A stretch of 63,767 nt of DNA, the filler included, from Choristocarpus tenellus KU-1152 (Eukaryota > Protista > Phaeophyceae): assembly GCA_964200185.2 (NCBI GenBank). It is 9 parts of 9 records of this genome, joined end to end, with 100 filler letters (N's around TTAATTAATTAA, not from the genome) between each part and the next. Parts side by side here need not be neighbours in the genome. Positions count along the whole stretch, not along the records: positions 52,101 to 58,238 come from CAXNAD020008851.1; positions 58,339 to 61,011 come from CAXNAD020025758.1; positions 61,112 to 63,767 come from CAXNAD020025910.1; 6 more parts are not named here. One strand, written 5' to 3'. The translations under genes were made by a program, and so were the position numbers. Below the pieces are notes generated by a model that ran no database searches, was not told where the DNA came from, and was given only the letters and a program-made list of their open reading frames with translations. Position 1 is the stretch's first letter; the number at the start of each line of letters is the position of its first letter. Below are positions 52,101-63,767 of the stretch, one piece after another.

Positions 52101-53119
52101 CTTGCCCGGTGATTCTCTTCTCCACCCTTGCCTGAGTGAACCACACCGCCACAGAATCACATGATTCACAATAACCGCAGAAATGACTACTTATTATTAA
52201 TGTATCATTGTCATCAGATACTCCAACTATGGTATGGTCCAATGGACCAGAAACAACAAGAAATATCCCCAAAAATGACTCTATGAAGGCAAATGATAGC
52301 TAAGGAAATAATCCCATGAATTTGTCAAGTCTCTTCTTTCTAGCCCATCGACCTTGACTCTTTAGTTTAAAACCCCGAAACTCTTTCTGGATATGGCCAC
52401 TTGATGAGGGGCGCCTAAAAAAATCTGCCTCATAACCAGGATTTTCCAGTCCCCTGTCTCCTGAAAACCTCCGTCCCCTAGGTCATCTAGAAATTCTCCA
52501 AGATGTGTGTATCAAGACGCTTGAAGGTTTCAACAAAGGGAGGTGTTGAGGTTACCACTACGTGTATTGCACATTGTACTCAGTATAGATGTACCTCATT
52601 TCTCATGCAAGACAATCAGAAAATGTCAGTATGCATATATATATATTAATATGGCCTCTGATATTTTGGAGATGTGTCTGGGGAAAAGCCAATTCAATAT
52701 CAATAGAACGCCTGGAAAAGTCAAGTTGTCGTAAATGTGAAAGATATCTATATTCTATTTACTATTTGACTACCACTTATCCTATACCACTGTCTTACTA
52801 AACCTCCAACCTATTCTTCTACTTGCACACAGTATATTATATTCGTAAGATATTATGAAGAAGTACAGTAGTTGTAGTGAAGTTAGTGTCATATATTGTA
52901 GTTGTATACTACTGTTATAATGCACTATATATGTACATAAAATATTACAGGTAACATGATATTGATATGTAGTAGTTATTGGAAGTTAACTAGGGTAAGG
53001 GTTCAAGTCAGAATAACAAAAAAATATTTGGAGACTTAGAGGAAAGAACACAACTTGATGAGTGCTCAACACAAAACATTAAGGAGTCCTTATCTAAGGA
53101 TGAAAGCTGTGTGAGCGTC

Positions 53120-56100
53120 ATGAGCGAGCCTCCGCGTCAAGACGACGTGGGAATAGAGGTGGAGGGACCAAAAAACTTGGGTGCGTGCTTCGCGGAGCTT
53201 GCACAGGTAGGTGGCAGTGGGATTTAACAGTGGAGGTCCACATTGCTTTCTCTTGTCACAGTGCAGTCAAGCTTTTGGACTTTCTCCTGGTGATGTGTTT
53301 GGGCAGGAGCGTAACATATCTTGTTCTTATTTGGTAGTCGAAGTTATTCAACTGTGCAGATGCCCCCTGCTTAATTTTCTGGGTTCATCTTACCTCTGTC
53401 ACCTTTGAATGCTAGATATGTGGGAGGGGCGACACCGTAGAGGCCCTGAGCCACCTCCTGGCAGAGCAGGGCCGGACTGCAGCGCTCTCGAGTTGTCAAA
53501 GGGCGATCACAGCAGTAGGACCAGGAGCTACTATCTTGTGTGGAGAATTTGCCAACGCTAATGCCGCATCACCATTGCAACCACTAACGGGCGGAGACCT
53601 GGGAAAGATCAGAGGAGCGATACAGAGTCGGGATGGGTTCGACTCGGCTGTGTCCACGACTGGCACATATCCTACAAGACCTCCTGTAATATCGATGTCC
53701 ACTGATTCCTCATCACGTTGGATATCACCTGGTACTATGAGCGGAGACATTGCAGGCAGGGTAGACAACCGCCTCTTTCTGCCAGTACTTCGGACAGTGC
53801 TTGAAGGCGAAGGTGACCTTGTTCTTCGGCGATCATTGCTTTGCCATCCCTTGATGAAAATGACCAAGGCAAATCCTCAAGGTGCGCCGGGGTCTGGATC
53901 GGTGGGGCAAAGTCGACCAACCTCCAGTGGACGACGCAAGGGGAGCAAGGGAAGCAAGACCAAGAAACATGACCGAGAGAAGGAGTTGGAACGTGAAGCA
54001 AGTCGCACTGCCGTAACTATACATCCTCCCACGGAGGGCACAGACAGGTCCCCACTGGATGTACCGCGAGAGTTGAGAAAGATGGCTGTGCTGGCGCTGG
54101 AAGAGGGTTCTTTGCAGTCCCTTCTGATATTGGTCAAGACTCTCATGTGTTCCCTCGATGCCAGTGGGGATGGTGGGCCTCACCAGTCAGCAGCAGAGGC
54201 GAAGGATCACAAGGAAACCCTCCTTCAGGGGCTAGGCGTGAGTAGCCCCAGCAGAGGAACTGGTAATGCAGAAATTGAGTTGCAACAGCGAGTGGCAACT
54301 CCTGAAGATAATATGATTCCAACAATTTTCAAGACCCTGGTCTCGAGAGGCTTGTCTGGATGGCCTGAGCTGATGTCATTGCTCCGTAGGGAACGGCACA
54401 AGGAGAGAATGTTGGCACTACGTGGCCGACCAAGCCTGACGGTGTGTTATGGAAAGGCGGACATCAGAGGAAGGCTAGAGGCTAAGGGAGACTCAGCTGG
54501 AGTAGTGACAGGCACACTAATTCCGGTGAGGAGGCTTTGCATCTCATTGTTGTTGATGACGAGATGTCTGTGATTGATTTTCAAAACATTTTGCTACGAT
54601 CTTAAAAGGAACACGCTGGTGTAACAATTGTATTTTTAAGGTTGTGGTGAGTTGAGAAATTTTAGTGTATGCCTACGCAGAGCTGGTGGTAGCATCTATA
54701 CTACTTAATGTGCACATATTATATATATTAGTATTTGGGTTTATTCTTCTGTTGATCTTCTAAAAATTGAATCGTTTCTGAAGGTGTTTTCTTTGTACTA
54801 TTTAAGATTTCTTTTGGGGGCCCCTTGTAAAGGCCTATTTCCTCTTTTATAGACTTCAGCAAAACCTACGTGATCAGTGACAACTCTGTACTTACGGAGC
54901 AGGGCAAATCCAGAAACCTCCCACACCCTGGGAGGTTTCTGGATGGTGTATGTTATTTCTGGAAGTGGAGTTGCTACCATCATAAAAGAAGTGTGTGCTT
55001 GTGACAATTACACTTTTTTTTTTTGGTGAATATTAGTGGCCTATTACCCAAACAGCTTTTTGTCAGGTTGCTTATGGGTCTGATATGATTAGAAGGTAAG
55101 TTGTTCTGTTGACATTAAAAAGAGTGTGGTAGGGGACTTGCTGCCTTCATGATTGTTAGATTATCTAGTCGCCCTACAGTCTGCACTTGTTGTATTTGGC
55201 AGGTTAATGCCACTGGGCACATGGTGTTTTTTTCATTGTGGTCAAAGGTTGTGTAGTCGGATGAGCATACAGTTTATACACTTGAAATTTTGTGATATGC
55301 TTATGTTTCTATGACTATTATGTTTAAGTTGATGTTTTACTTCACCCTAATGCCAGTTCATTTTTTTTCCTGCTGTGTACTGTGGTATTTGCCTGGTAGA
55401 ATTCTTTGGGTGTCAGAGTAAGATGCGTTGCACGTATATGTTCAGCAGGACTGTGTGCTGAAGGATATTTTAGTGTGTATGGGATGATATATTTTACTCT
55501 GAATGTCAATTGTTCTCCTTGCAGTGCTATATCGTCTCTTCAATGAAGTTTTTCTGTCAAAGAGATATTTTGGTGATTGTTTCAGGTTGTGACTATCAAA
55601 ATTGTTCTGGTTCCTTGTGATGGAAGATACTGGACTCCAGTTGATGAGCCATTTTTGGAAGATACATCCCAAGTAGGAGTTGTTATAGTTGTAGTAATTT
55701 GCAGAGATCCTGGCAGTACCTCATGTCTACTGCATGATCAATTTTAAATATTTCTGTGGTAGGACTGTTGTTGGGTAAAAGACAAAGCAAAGTTGTAGTT
55801 CAAGGGTCACATGTATACTTTATTGAACCCTAATCCTGTTTGCTAACCCTACCCCTAATCTATCTCATAAGGCTAGGGTTAGGGTTAGGGTTAGTAATCA
55901 CTATTTCTATTGCATTCCTGCATCTGTGATGATATTGTTACTGTAAATAAAGCTCTCTGAAGCCCTGATGCCTTTCTGCCTAATAAATGAATAGGATGAG
56001 AATTTTCACTGTTGACTGTTTGGGTTGGATCGTGGGAATAGGGTAGGGTTGATTTCAGGTACAAAGATCGAACCAGGTAATGATTCTTAGGTAGTTGGCT

Positions 56101-58238
56101 TTTAGACCTGATGTATGGATGCCCTGTTCCCATGTTGTCACAGCTCTCAAGTATCTCTCAGTACGCACCCTCACCTCTTCCTAGTACACCTTTCAGCTTG
56201 TAGTCCTGACTGAATGCAAGCATGTCAATTCTCTCACCTTGCCCTGCACCCCCCGCCCCTCCTTGTGTGATGTAGGGGAGCGAGTGGCAAAGTACAGGGA
56301 AGTAGTAGATTGCAATGCCCGTCAACAACTAAAAAAACCCCTCACAAATTCCGCATTGACATGCCTCACCCTGCAGCTGACAGAGAGGCGGCGCTGGTAC
56401 TATGAGGTGACATTGGTTGGTCCCAGTAAGGGTACAAGGGTGGGCTGGGCACTTTGTGGAGAAACCTTCAGTCGTGGTGATGGTGGTCAGGGCATTGGCC
56501 AGAGACTGGGCTGTGGGTCTGATTCATGGGGTTTCTGTGGGTTCCTCCAGGGCAAGAGTTATCACGGCGCGAGTCATGTTAAGGAGAAGCGGCTTGAGGC
56601 TGCTGCACGGGCTCGCCGGGAAGAGCGGAAACAAAGGGAGATGGATGATGCCAAAGCAAGAGGGGTAGAAGGGGTCAAGACCGAGGATGCCACTGGGGAG
56701 AAAGATAACACAGAGGCTGATGGGGCTTCCTCGCAAGGATGCGGTGCGATTGAGGGAAAGGAAGGGGTGGAAGAGGAGGAAGAGGAAGAGGAAGAGGAGG
56801 ATACAGCAGATTCTATGTTCCTAGCCTTGGGAGGCTTGTTCCGTGAAGCTTCATTCTCTGGTGAACCAGACCAGGAAGTGGAAGATGGCGGACACCCAGT
56901 GATACAAGTTCAGGGTTCTTCCCAAAACACAATGCATCCGAGTTCATCATCTTTGCCCGTGGGGATAATCCCAACTGTTCCGTCTGTTACAAAATCTTCC
57001 TTGCCTGTGGCAAAACTTCCGGCTTCATTGTCTCCTACAAAACCCCTGCCCCCCCCACCCCCACCCCCGCTACTGAAGCATTTGGGAACTCCTTTGATCT
57101 TCAGCAGGTCAACTCCCCCCATCTCCAGCGGTGTGTGGGGTGCTGGCACAGTTGTGGGTTGCCTCATTGAGGTCATCCCACCCCCCTCCTCTGTTTCTCA
57201 AACATTGGGGGAAGTAGCTGATTCTGAAACTGGACCTGTAGAAGGGGAAGTGTTGCCAGCGGTGGTGGCAGAAGGGCCTAGCCTGAAGTTGCATTACTTC
57301 ATCAATGGACGACCGGCCAATGGCAGCTTATCTGTCCCTGTCTTCCAGACAACATCAGAAGAGGCGGCCCTTTTATATGGGGAATGTGGTATTGCGGAAC
57401 AGTCCCTTTGCCCAGGTTTCAGCTGTGAGTCTCCTTCGGATGGGGTAAAGTTCAATCTGGGGGAGTCACCCTTTCAATATCCTCCAGAGGGTCTCATCAC
57501 ACCGCTGACCCTATCACCATCTGCTCAAGAGACATCGGTAGCTGAGACAACTATTGCACAGGAGGAGGGGACATTGGGATCAAGTCGAGGTTCCTCAAAG
57601 GGACGGGAGAAACGCTCCAGACCTGGAGATGGAGGTGAGGGGTCTCCTATGCATTTTTCACAGAGTAGGGAGGAACACTGTCAGGTCCGGGGAGGCATGG
57701 CTCAATCTGGAGGAAAGGGGACTGAAGGCGAGAAGAAAGGGAGTAAAGGGGCAGAGCAGGAGCTGATAGCAGCAGCGACAGCAACAGTTCAGTCTGTGGG
57801 GGAGCAGAATACACGGGGTGCCCTTGGTGGGGTGTTCCAGGTTACAGAGGCAGAAGTGTCAAGGTGTGTGAGTTTCTCTGGGGCAGGGTGGGCTCTGGCT
57901 CGTTACCCAAACTTGACACTTCAGGCGTTGGATGTGTTTTTGCTGGAGGCGTTGGTGCGCCCTTGTGCATTTGTGGAAGGAGTGGGAGGAGGAAAGGATT
58001 CTCAGAGCTCCAGGGAGATGGTTGTTCTTAGCCAAAGTGGTTCATTGGGACTGACTCTGTTGGTTGAGGGGAGAAAAGCTGTGCTTAAAATGCACGGCCA
58101 TGGCATTGCCAGTAATGTTAACCAAGGGGAGAGAGGCGGTGACAGTGGGAAGGGCGAAGGAGGAGAGAGCAGTGTGGGGTGTATTCGGCATGAGACCCCT
58201 GATGATGTGCTTCCAGAGCCTGGGGTCTGGTTTACCCT
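53120..58238 (+). CDS. Large SPRY (B30.2)-domain protein, 3'-partial; exons 53120-53206, 53416-54525, 55586-55672, 56377->58238
   Basis: SPRY motifs RWYYEVTL, TRVGWA, LGCGSDSWGFCG, WGAGTVVGCLIE, LHYFING, LCPGFS, VKFNLGESPFQYPP. Long open exons with phase-0 GT-AG junctions; exon 3 is the least certain. Confidence 0.78.
55828..55894. repeat. Interstitial telomere-like repeats in inverted arrangement
   Basis: Degenerate CCCTAA units (55828-55858), then (TTAGGG)~3.5 (55874-55894). Confidence 0.7.
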
Positions 58239-58338
58239 NNNNNNNNNNNNNNNNNNNNNNNNNNNNNNNNNNNNNNNNNNNNTTAATTAATTAANNNNNN
58301 NNNNNNNNNNNNNNNNNNNNNNNNNNNNNNNNNNNNNN
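58239..58338. other. Artificial contig linker 7
   Basis: 44N-TTAATTAATTAA-44N. Confidence 0.97.
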
Positions 58339-58395
58339 AAGCACAAGATATAAAGAAGAGAAGAGGGGGGGGGGGGGGGGGAATAGGGGGTTCAC

Positions 58396-60395
58396 CTTCA
58401 CTGCACGCTTGCCCGCCACAGGATTAAACAGCTCAAGGATGGCAGAGTTGCTAGAGGTAAGGAGGGCTTCTACTACATCCGAGTGCAAGGCATCCTATCA
58501 GATCAAAATAGTAGAGGAGGCAAAAAAGTATCACCAGCATTGGGAGGGGTGGGGGGTGGGGTGGGGGGGGAGAAAGTCAGGAGAGAGTTACATTGCAACA
58601 TTTGAGGTAAAAGGGCAGAGATTATCTTGAATGAATCAGGGGATTCCATACAAAGCAGACTAGGGAAACGAAAAAAAAGTGAAGAAAAATATTTTAAATT
58701 ACTAGCACTACTACTACCAGTTGTAAAAGCAAAATGGTAGGCTCTTTGCTTTGAATACTGTGAGGAGCTTGAAATGATATGGTTGATCTTGTTTGAAGAA
58801 AGAGGAGATGGTTGAAAAATGGCACAGAACAAGTCACCAAGCACGACAAGATGAGAACCCTAACCCTAACCCTAACCCTAACAAACAAACAACACAACGC
58901 AACACAACACAACACAACACAACACAACACAACACAATTCCGATGCACCGCAGACACACCTTGTTCTTCTCCACAAAGTCCGCAACGTTGTAAAACACAT
59001 CTCCAGCAAAGTGCACTACCCCAAAGCAGTTGCGCGTGTCCGGGTCTGGGCAATTGTTCCGTTTAGGCATTATATAGTGCTTGTTCCTCGCGTGCAATTG
59101 CTGAACCTTTGACAGGAACTTAGAGTCCGTACCGTTGACCATAATCTGATTTTTAAAAACCACCCAGCCAACAACACCCAGACAACACCCATCCATCCAC
59201 CCAACCAACCACACAACACCCAGACAACACCCAGCCACACACGGAAGAGTGTTAGTGTTAAGAGATCAGGTTCAACTTTGGGACAAAAACAGAAGTTGGG
59301 AGAGGTGGTGGTGGTGGTGGTGGTGGTGGTGGTGGAGGTGGAGGTAGAGGGGCAGGGGGGAAACCCAAGAGGGTGCAAAATTGATCGCTGTCTCCAAAGC
59401 TATGTTCATTCAGGTGTACCTGGAAATCGAAAATTCGAATTTGTACGTCTACGTCTACGTGTGCGCTTGTCGCGGATAACAGGTTCAACTTCAACTTCAA
59501 CTTTATTTTTTATTTTTTCAACCACTGAGAAAAAGAAAATGTCTAGAGAAAAAAAATGATGCAAGTATTTGTCACGGTATTAGTGGGAAAAAGAAAAAAA
59601 TATATACACCATTAGAATCATTTACGCACGTTCTTCTAAAAAAATATCTACCACAATATCTTCTAATCCAGGAAAAAAAAAATATTGATTTCCATTGCCT
59701 CCCTCCCTCCCCCCCCAAAAAAAATAAAGAAAAATAAGTTGACAGAACAGCGTAACACTTTGATATATACAATTTCAAAATGGAAAAAGAAAATAAATTC
59801 AATGAAAACTCTCAACAGCTGCGTAGTTGTACTGAATCAACCCTAACCCTATTATTTATAAATGTCTAGACTGGTGTCTCTCTCCGGATACACACAAGAG
59901 AGAGAGAGAGAGAGAAAGAGTCGAGAATGTGAACACCAGTTCAAATCAATAATTTCCCACCTAGCCACATTTTCAAAAAACATTTTCCAAGTAGATTGTT
60001 TTCCCAAAAGACTCCAAAAAAGAAAAGAAGTGCGAGAATAATAAACATTATTATTATAATTATTATTACTACTATTATTATTATTACTATCATTATTATT
60101 ATTATTCAACTGGTGAAACATCCAGTTAGTCACCTCACAATACCTTACCCCCCCCCCAACCCCATCCCCCCAGTCCTGTCTATCATCCGAACATGCAGGT
60201 AGGCCTCACCTGCTCATCAAGGATACTGAAAATGCCATCCCCCTTCCTCTCAATGAAGTCAAGGATGGGCTTATTGTCTCTGAACTCAAGGTTAGGTACC
60301 ACCACTCCCTCCTCGGCATAGGCTGCAATCTCTCCCTTGAAGATGTGCTCATTGAAGTGGTTGTTGAGCTTTTCATTGCAGTAGTTGATACACAG
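58396..60395 (-). CDS. Myosin motor domain, three internal exons: 60395-60210, 59145-58960, 58494-58396
   Basis: LCINYCNEKLNNHFNEHIFK, DNKPILDFIE, GIFSILDEQ, TDSKFLSK, FGVVHFAGDVFYNVADFVEKNKDAL are canonical myosin head motifs. Class cannot be determined. Confidence 0.93.
58858..58936. repeat. (CCCTAA)4 followed by an (AACAC)n microsatellite in a myosin intron
   Basis: Directly visible. Confidence 0.9.
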
Positions 60396-61011
60396 CTGAA
60401 AAAAAAGAACAAAAACAAAACAAAACATAACATAACATAAAAAATATTGCAATAAATAAAATAATAATGCATACAGACCACACAGAAAAGCGGATTAGAA
60501 CGTTCAAAAGACAGCAATTAAAAAAAAATGTAAACGAGGGAACCGGAACAGAGGCGAAAAAAAAAAAAGAATGCACGTAAAACAAGAATTCGCTTGTACA
60601 CACCGATTGCTTCCAATACTATAACAAACAACGCCCAACAAAGTGATACAAAAACCTTGATGGCACTGCACTCACCTAGACCCCACTCCCTCCACATCAA
60701 CCCACTTGTACATCTGCAATAGCCTTAGGGTTAGGGCTCTTATCCCCCCAACTCCTATGTCTTGCCTCACCCACCAAACTTTCACAATCCCCAACTCCCC
60801 TTCCCCCAGCCCCCCATTCATTGCCCCAAACAAACTCTCCCTCCCTCAACTCTGCACATCTATAGCCTCTCCCCCAGCTCTCTACCATCTTTCCCTTACC
60901 ATTGCCTACATCATATCATATACAGCATGTGCCCTCTATCCAACAACAATCCCCCCCCCCCACCCCCCCACCCCCCCCCCTTTCCCCACCACAACAACAA
61001 AAACAAAAACA

Positions 61012-61111
61012 NNNNNNNNNNNNNNNNNNNNNNNNNNNNNNNNNNNNNNNNNNNNTTAATTAATTAANNNNNNNNNNNNNNNNNNNNNNNNNNNNNNNNN
61101 NNNNNNNNNNN
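61012..61111. other. Artificial contig linker 8
   Basis: 44N-TTAATTAATTAA-44N. Confidence 0.97.
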
Positions 61112-61350
61112 CATTGGTTTTCCCCTGACACATCTGCAAAATGTCAGAGGGCATAATAATATAATACATACATAGATGTGTTTCTATGTGACAAGACTTA
61201 TTGGAAGAAGACCACGTTAAGGCTTATCAGACAATGTCGGACCTCACATGCCTTAAAGTGGACTTTAAAAAAAGATGATTCGAAGGATTATAGGGTAGTA
61301 TGTACTAGTCCAAACGTTAACGACTAGAATTGTCTATCTATAGAGGATTG

Positions 61351-61765
61351 TGTCAGGGACAGGTTCCTTTTTTGGGATCTCCGACACACATGTTATGTAT
61401 AAGACGCGCGGTCATATACAATTGCGTGCGCCAAACACGTCATTTGAGCTCATCCATACCGACCAGACCAAAGAAACAGTCACACCCATGAGATCCGGAT
61501 TTGACCAAACAGCCAAAATGGACCCTCAGAACGAAGAACCATTCCGATTCTGAAAAATCCATTTCTTTGCTGTGACGTTGCTCAGTCATTCTGAAACATC
61601 TGTCGTGTTCTGAAGGTGTTGTTCTGTTCTGGATTTACAGATCTATTCCGAGATTAGAGCCAAGACCTTGAAACTCGGTCCCACCCTCTGAGGTGAAGGA
61701 GTTTCATTCCAGCGATTGTGATTGCCCCCTTGAGCAGAGAACTTGGCACCTTTGACACTTCCACA
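61351..61765 (+). repeat. Candidate 5' LTR
   Basis: Begins TGTCA; TGACA at 61753-61757 and CA at 61764-61765 followed by TGGTACTC (PBS-like), just upstream of gag. No second LTR in the window to confirm it. Confidence 0.3.
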
Positions 61766-61812
61766 GTGGTACTCACGCCTAGTGTTCAAGGGGAGCTAAC
61801 TCACGCCACATT

Positions 61813-63767
61813 ATGCCAGACACTACTACCCCCACACCTGCTGCAACATCACACACTAGCAGCAATACCAAAGAGAAGTCCGCAACTCGCAAGGGGAAGA
61901 AGAAGGCGACCCATGCAATGCCAACAACCGAAGGAGGTAATGAGGGGGGTAGTATAAACACCCAACCTCAACCAAGTCCCGCGTCTATTTCTGTAGACAG
62001 AGACATCCCTGGTGGCTCGCTAGAACAGGAAGGGATGGTGGCGCAGGGGCTGAGGGAAGGCCCTGCCCATAATCCGGGCCTGAACCGGTACAGTGTGCTG
62101 GGTGAAGACCAAGAAGAGCAAGTCGAAGACAGTGCAGTGGCGACGTTCGATATCCAAGCATATATGAACCGCCAGTTTGTCTACGCCAAGAAGATCGTTG
62201 ATGAAGCTATGGAGGGGACTCCACACGACCAAGGTTTGGTGGCTGCGACAATGCAGACATTAAACATGAAGATGAGTAATACGTGTGCAGATTCAAACAA
62301 CCCGCCTGTTTCTGACCACCCCCACGGTAACCCCTTGGTTGTGAAGTATCCTTCACATAAAGACTTCCCCCCCATGCGTTTCTGGGACGTGCAGGAACAA
62401 GGTTGTCCCCCCGTAGCCAATTTCGGGAAGTTGCTCATGATTTTCAAAAATCGAGTAGGCACTATTGCTATGGTGAATAAATCGTCCATAGAAGCAAGCC
62501 AAATTCCCACATACGAACAAATTCTTGGAGATATGTGCAAGCGCCTGTTCCAACATCAAATTCCTATAGGTACCAGTCCCGACCAAACAAGTGTTCAATC
62601 GTTTTACGAAACATTGAATGTAGCCTCTTGAGAGGAATTTGTTGCGGTAAGCCTGAAGGAATTTTCTGTACCAAATCCGCTAGACAGAACGTTTTGCGAT
62701 CTGATTGATATTTGGCAGGAACTGAAGGAGGATGTTCGGGCATTTGCAAGACGGGTAATTGAGTCAATCGATTCCTTTGTACGTGAGTTGAGAGTCCACC
62801 CACATGACAGAGGTGACCTCGATCCTGTTGACCTGACCCCCACCACCCTGATTTCCCTTCTGACGGACAGACTCCGATACTGCGCGTTCAACGTCGGTGT
62901 TTTACCTGCTATTCTAGGAGTTTTGCGATCGAATCCTCAGCGTTACGAGAATTTCGCGGCACTAGTTGATGCAGCGGTTGGCCAAGCATCTGCAATGTCG
63001 AGTTTGGACAGAGGATCGTTCGTTAATGTGGTGACCTCTAGTGTATCTGTTGATAACTTGGGGATTTTACACCCAACAGACTTACGACCCTCTGACCTAG
63101 CCCCACTGTTGACAGTAGCAAAGACCCTCGCAGACGAACTAGAAAGGGTCAATGCCGAAATTCGACACCTGAAAGTGAAAAGACGAACTGGGCCTGACAT
63201 ACCTCTGCGTACATTTTCCCAAACCTTCCCCGAGCCCGCTGATACCCGCCTAGTATGTGAATTCGAAGGGTGTAGTGCAAGATCAAGGCAGGGACATGCG
63301 AAGGGGGACTGTTGGAACAATCCTGAGGGCAACAATTATCACCCCACCAGGAAGACCCGTGAACGTCCGGCCAGAAGAGACCGCCGAAATCGAGATACGA
63401 ACAAGTCCTTTGACAAGTTGGTGTCTGCCATAACAGCACGACTAACAGAGTCTTCACGTCAGATGCAGTCGACATCAAAGGACTCCCAAGACCACCCTGA
63501 ACCCGGGGAGAAACAAACTAGGATCCGGCAGAAATAGGGGTGCCTTGCAGAATCTGGTTCCCCGGATACTGTAGGGAGAAGAGTTCAAGAAGAAACTAGG
63601 GACTTGTTGTGTAGGGCAGCCTCAGATGTAGTAGAGAGAGAAAATAAGACCCAACACTGTAAACATTCAAGGTCAGCACACCAAAAGTTGCCACAAGCAG
63701 GACATGTAACAACTGTTGCATCTGCTCTTTCTTTTTCCCCACAACCAATTTTGGACGTGGGTGACAT
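61813..63767 (+). mobile_element. LTR retrotransposon gag (probably Ty3/gypsy-type), one internal TGA, followed by an in-frame extension beyond the gag TAG
   Basis: ORFs 61813-62631 and 62788-63537 lie in one frame split only by TGA at 62629-62631 (S*EEF, probably SWEEF). Gag-like motifs EEF..SLKEF and IWQELKEDVRAFARR; Cys/His knuckle at 63256-63312; frame stays open after TAG 63535-63537. Confidence 0.7.

Noticed and set aside
18610-61111. Regularly recurring palindromic TTAATTAATTAA flanked by N, superficially array-like
   Set aside because: Identical 100-bp N-padded linkers with stops in six frames are an assembly concatenation artefact. Cross-linker gene clusters (e.g. lectin + GT + LACS) are therefore not evidence of a system.
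62629-62631. In-frame TGA inside gag as selenocysteine or alternative genetic code
   Set aside because: It sits where Trp is expected (SWEEF), so a single G>A change explains it. Host genes here use TGA as a normal stop and TGG for Trp.

Overview
This is eukaryotic nuclear DNA, not one contiguous locus. Eight identical 100-bp linkers (44 N + TTAATTAATTAA + 44 N) join nine unrelated contigs, so neighbourhoods only mean something inside a contig. Intron-rich genes, TTAGGG-type repeats and the protein content suggest a photosynthetic stramenopile (brown alga or close relative); this is inference. I rebuilt spliced models by hand with consistent exon phases. Contig 1 has a DUF547 protein, a DUF4536/DMAC1-like protein head-to-head with a ketopantoate-reductase-fold protein, and an orphan coiled-coil/acidic protein. 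Other contigs carry partial genes for an ERGIC-53/LMAN-like L-type lectin, a tandem GT-A-like protein, a long-chain acyl-CoA synthetase, a large SPRY protein and a myosin motor. Mobile DNA includes a decayed CRE-like non-LTR reverse transcriptase, an internally deleted pogo element with TIRs, IS630/Tc1-like remnants and two LTR gag regions. Most notable: (1) an LTR gag ending in UAG-G, followed 5 nt later by a 14-bp hairpin and an open frame, a candidate programmed gag-pol readthrough signal; (2) an intact, membrane-anchored ApbA-fold gene lacking the catalytic residues; (3) about 4 of 31 reconstructed introns with GC donors; (4) CpG-depleted gene bodies.
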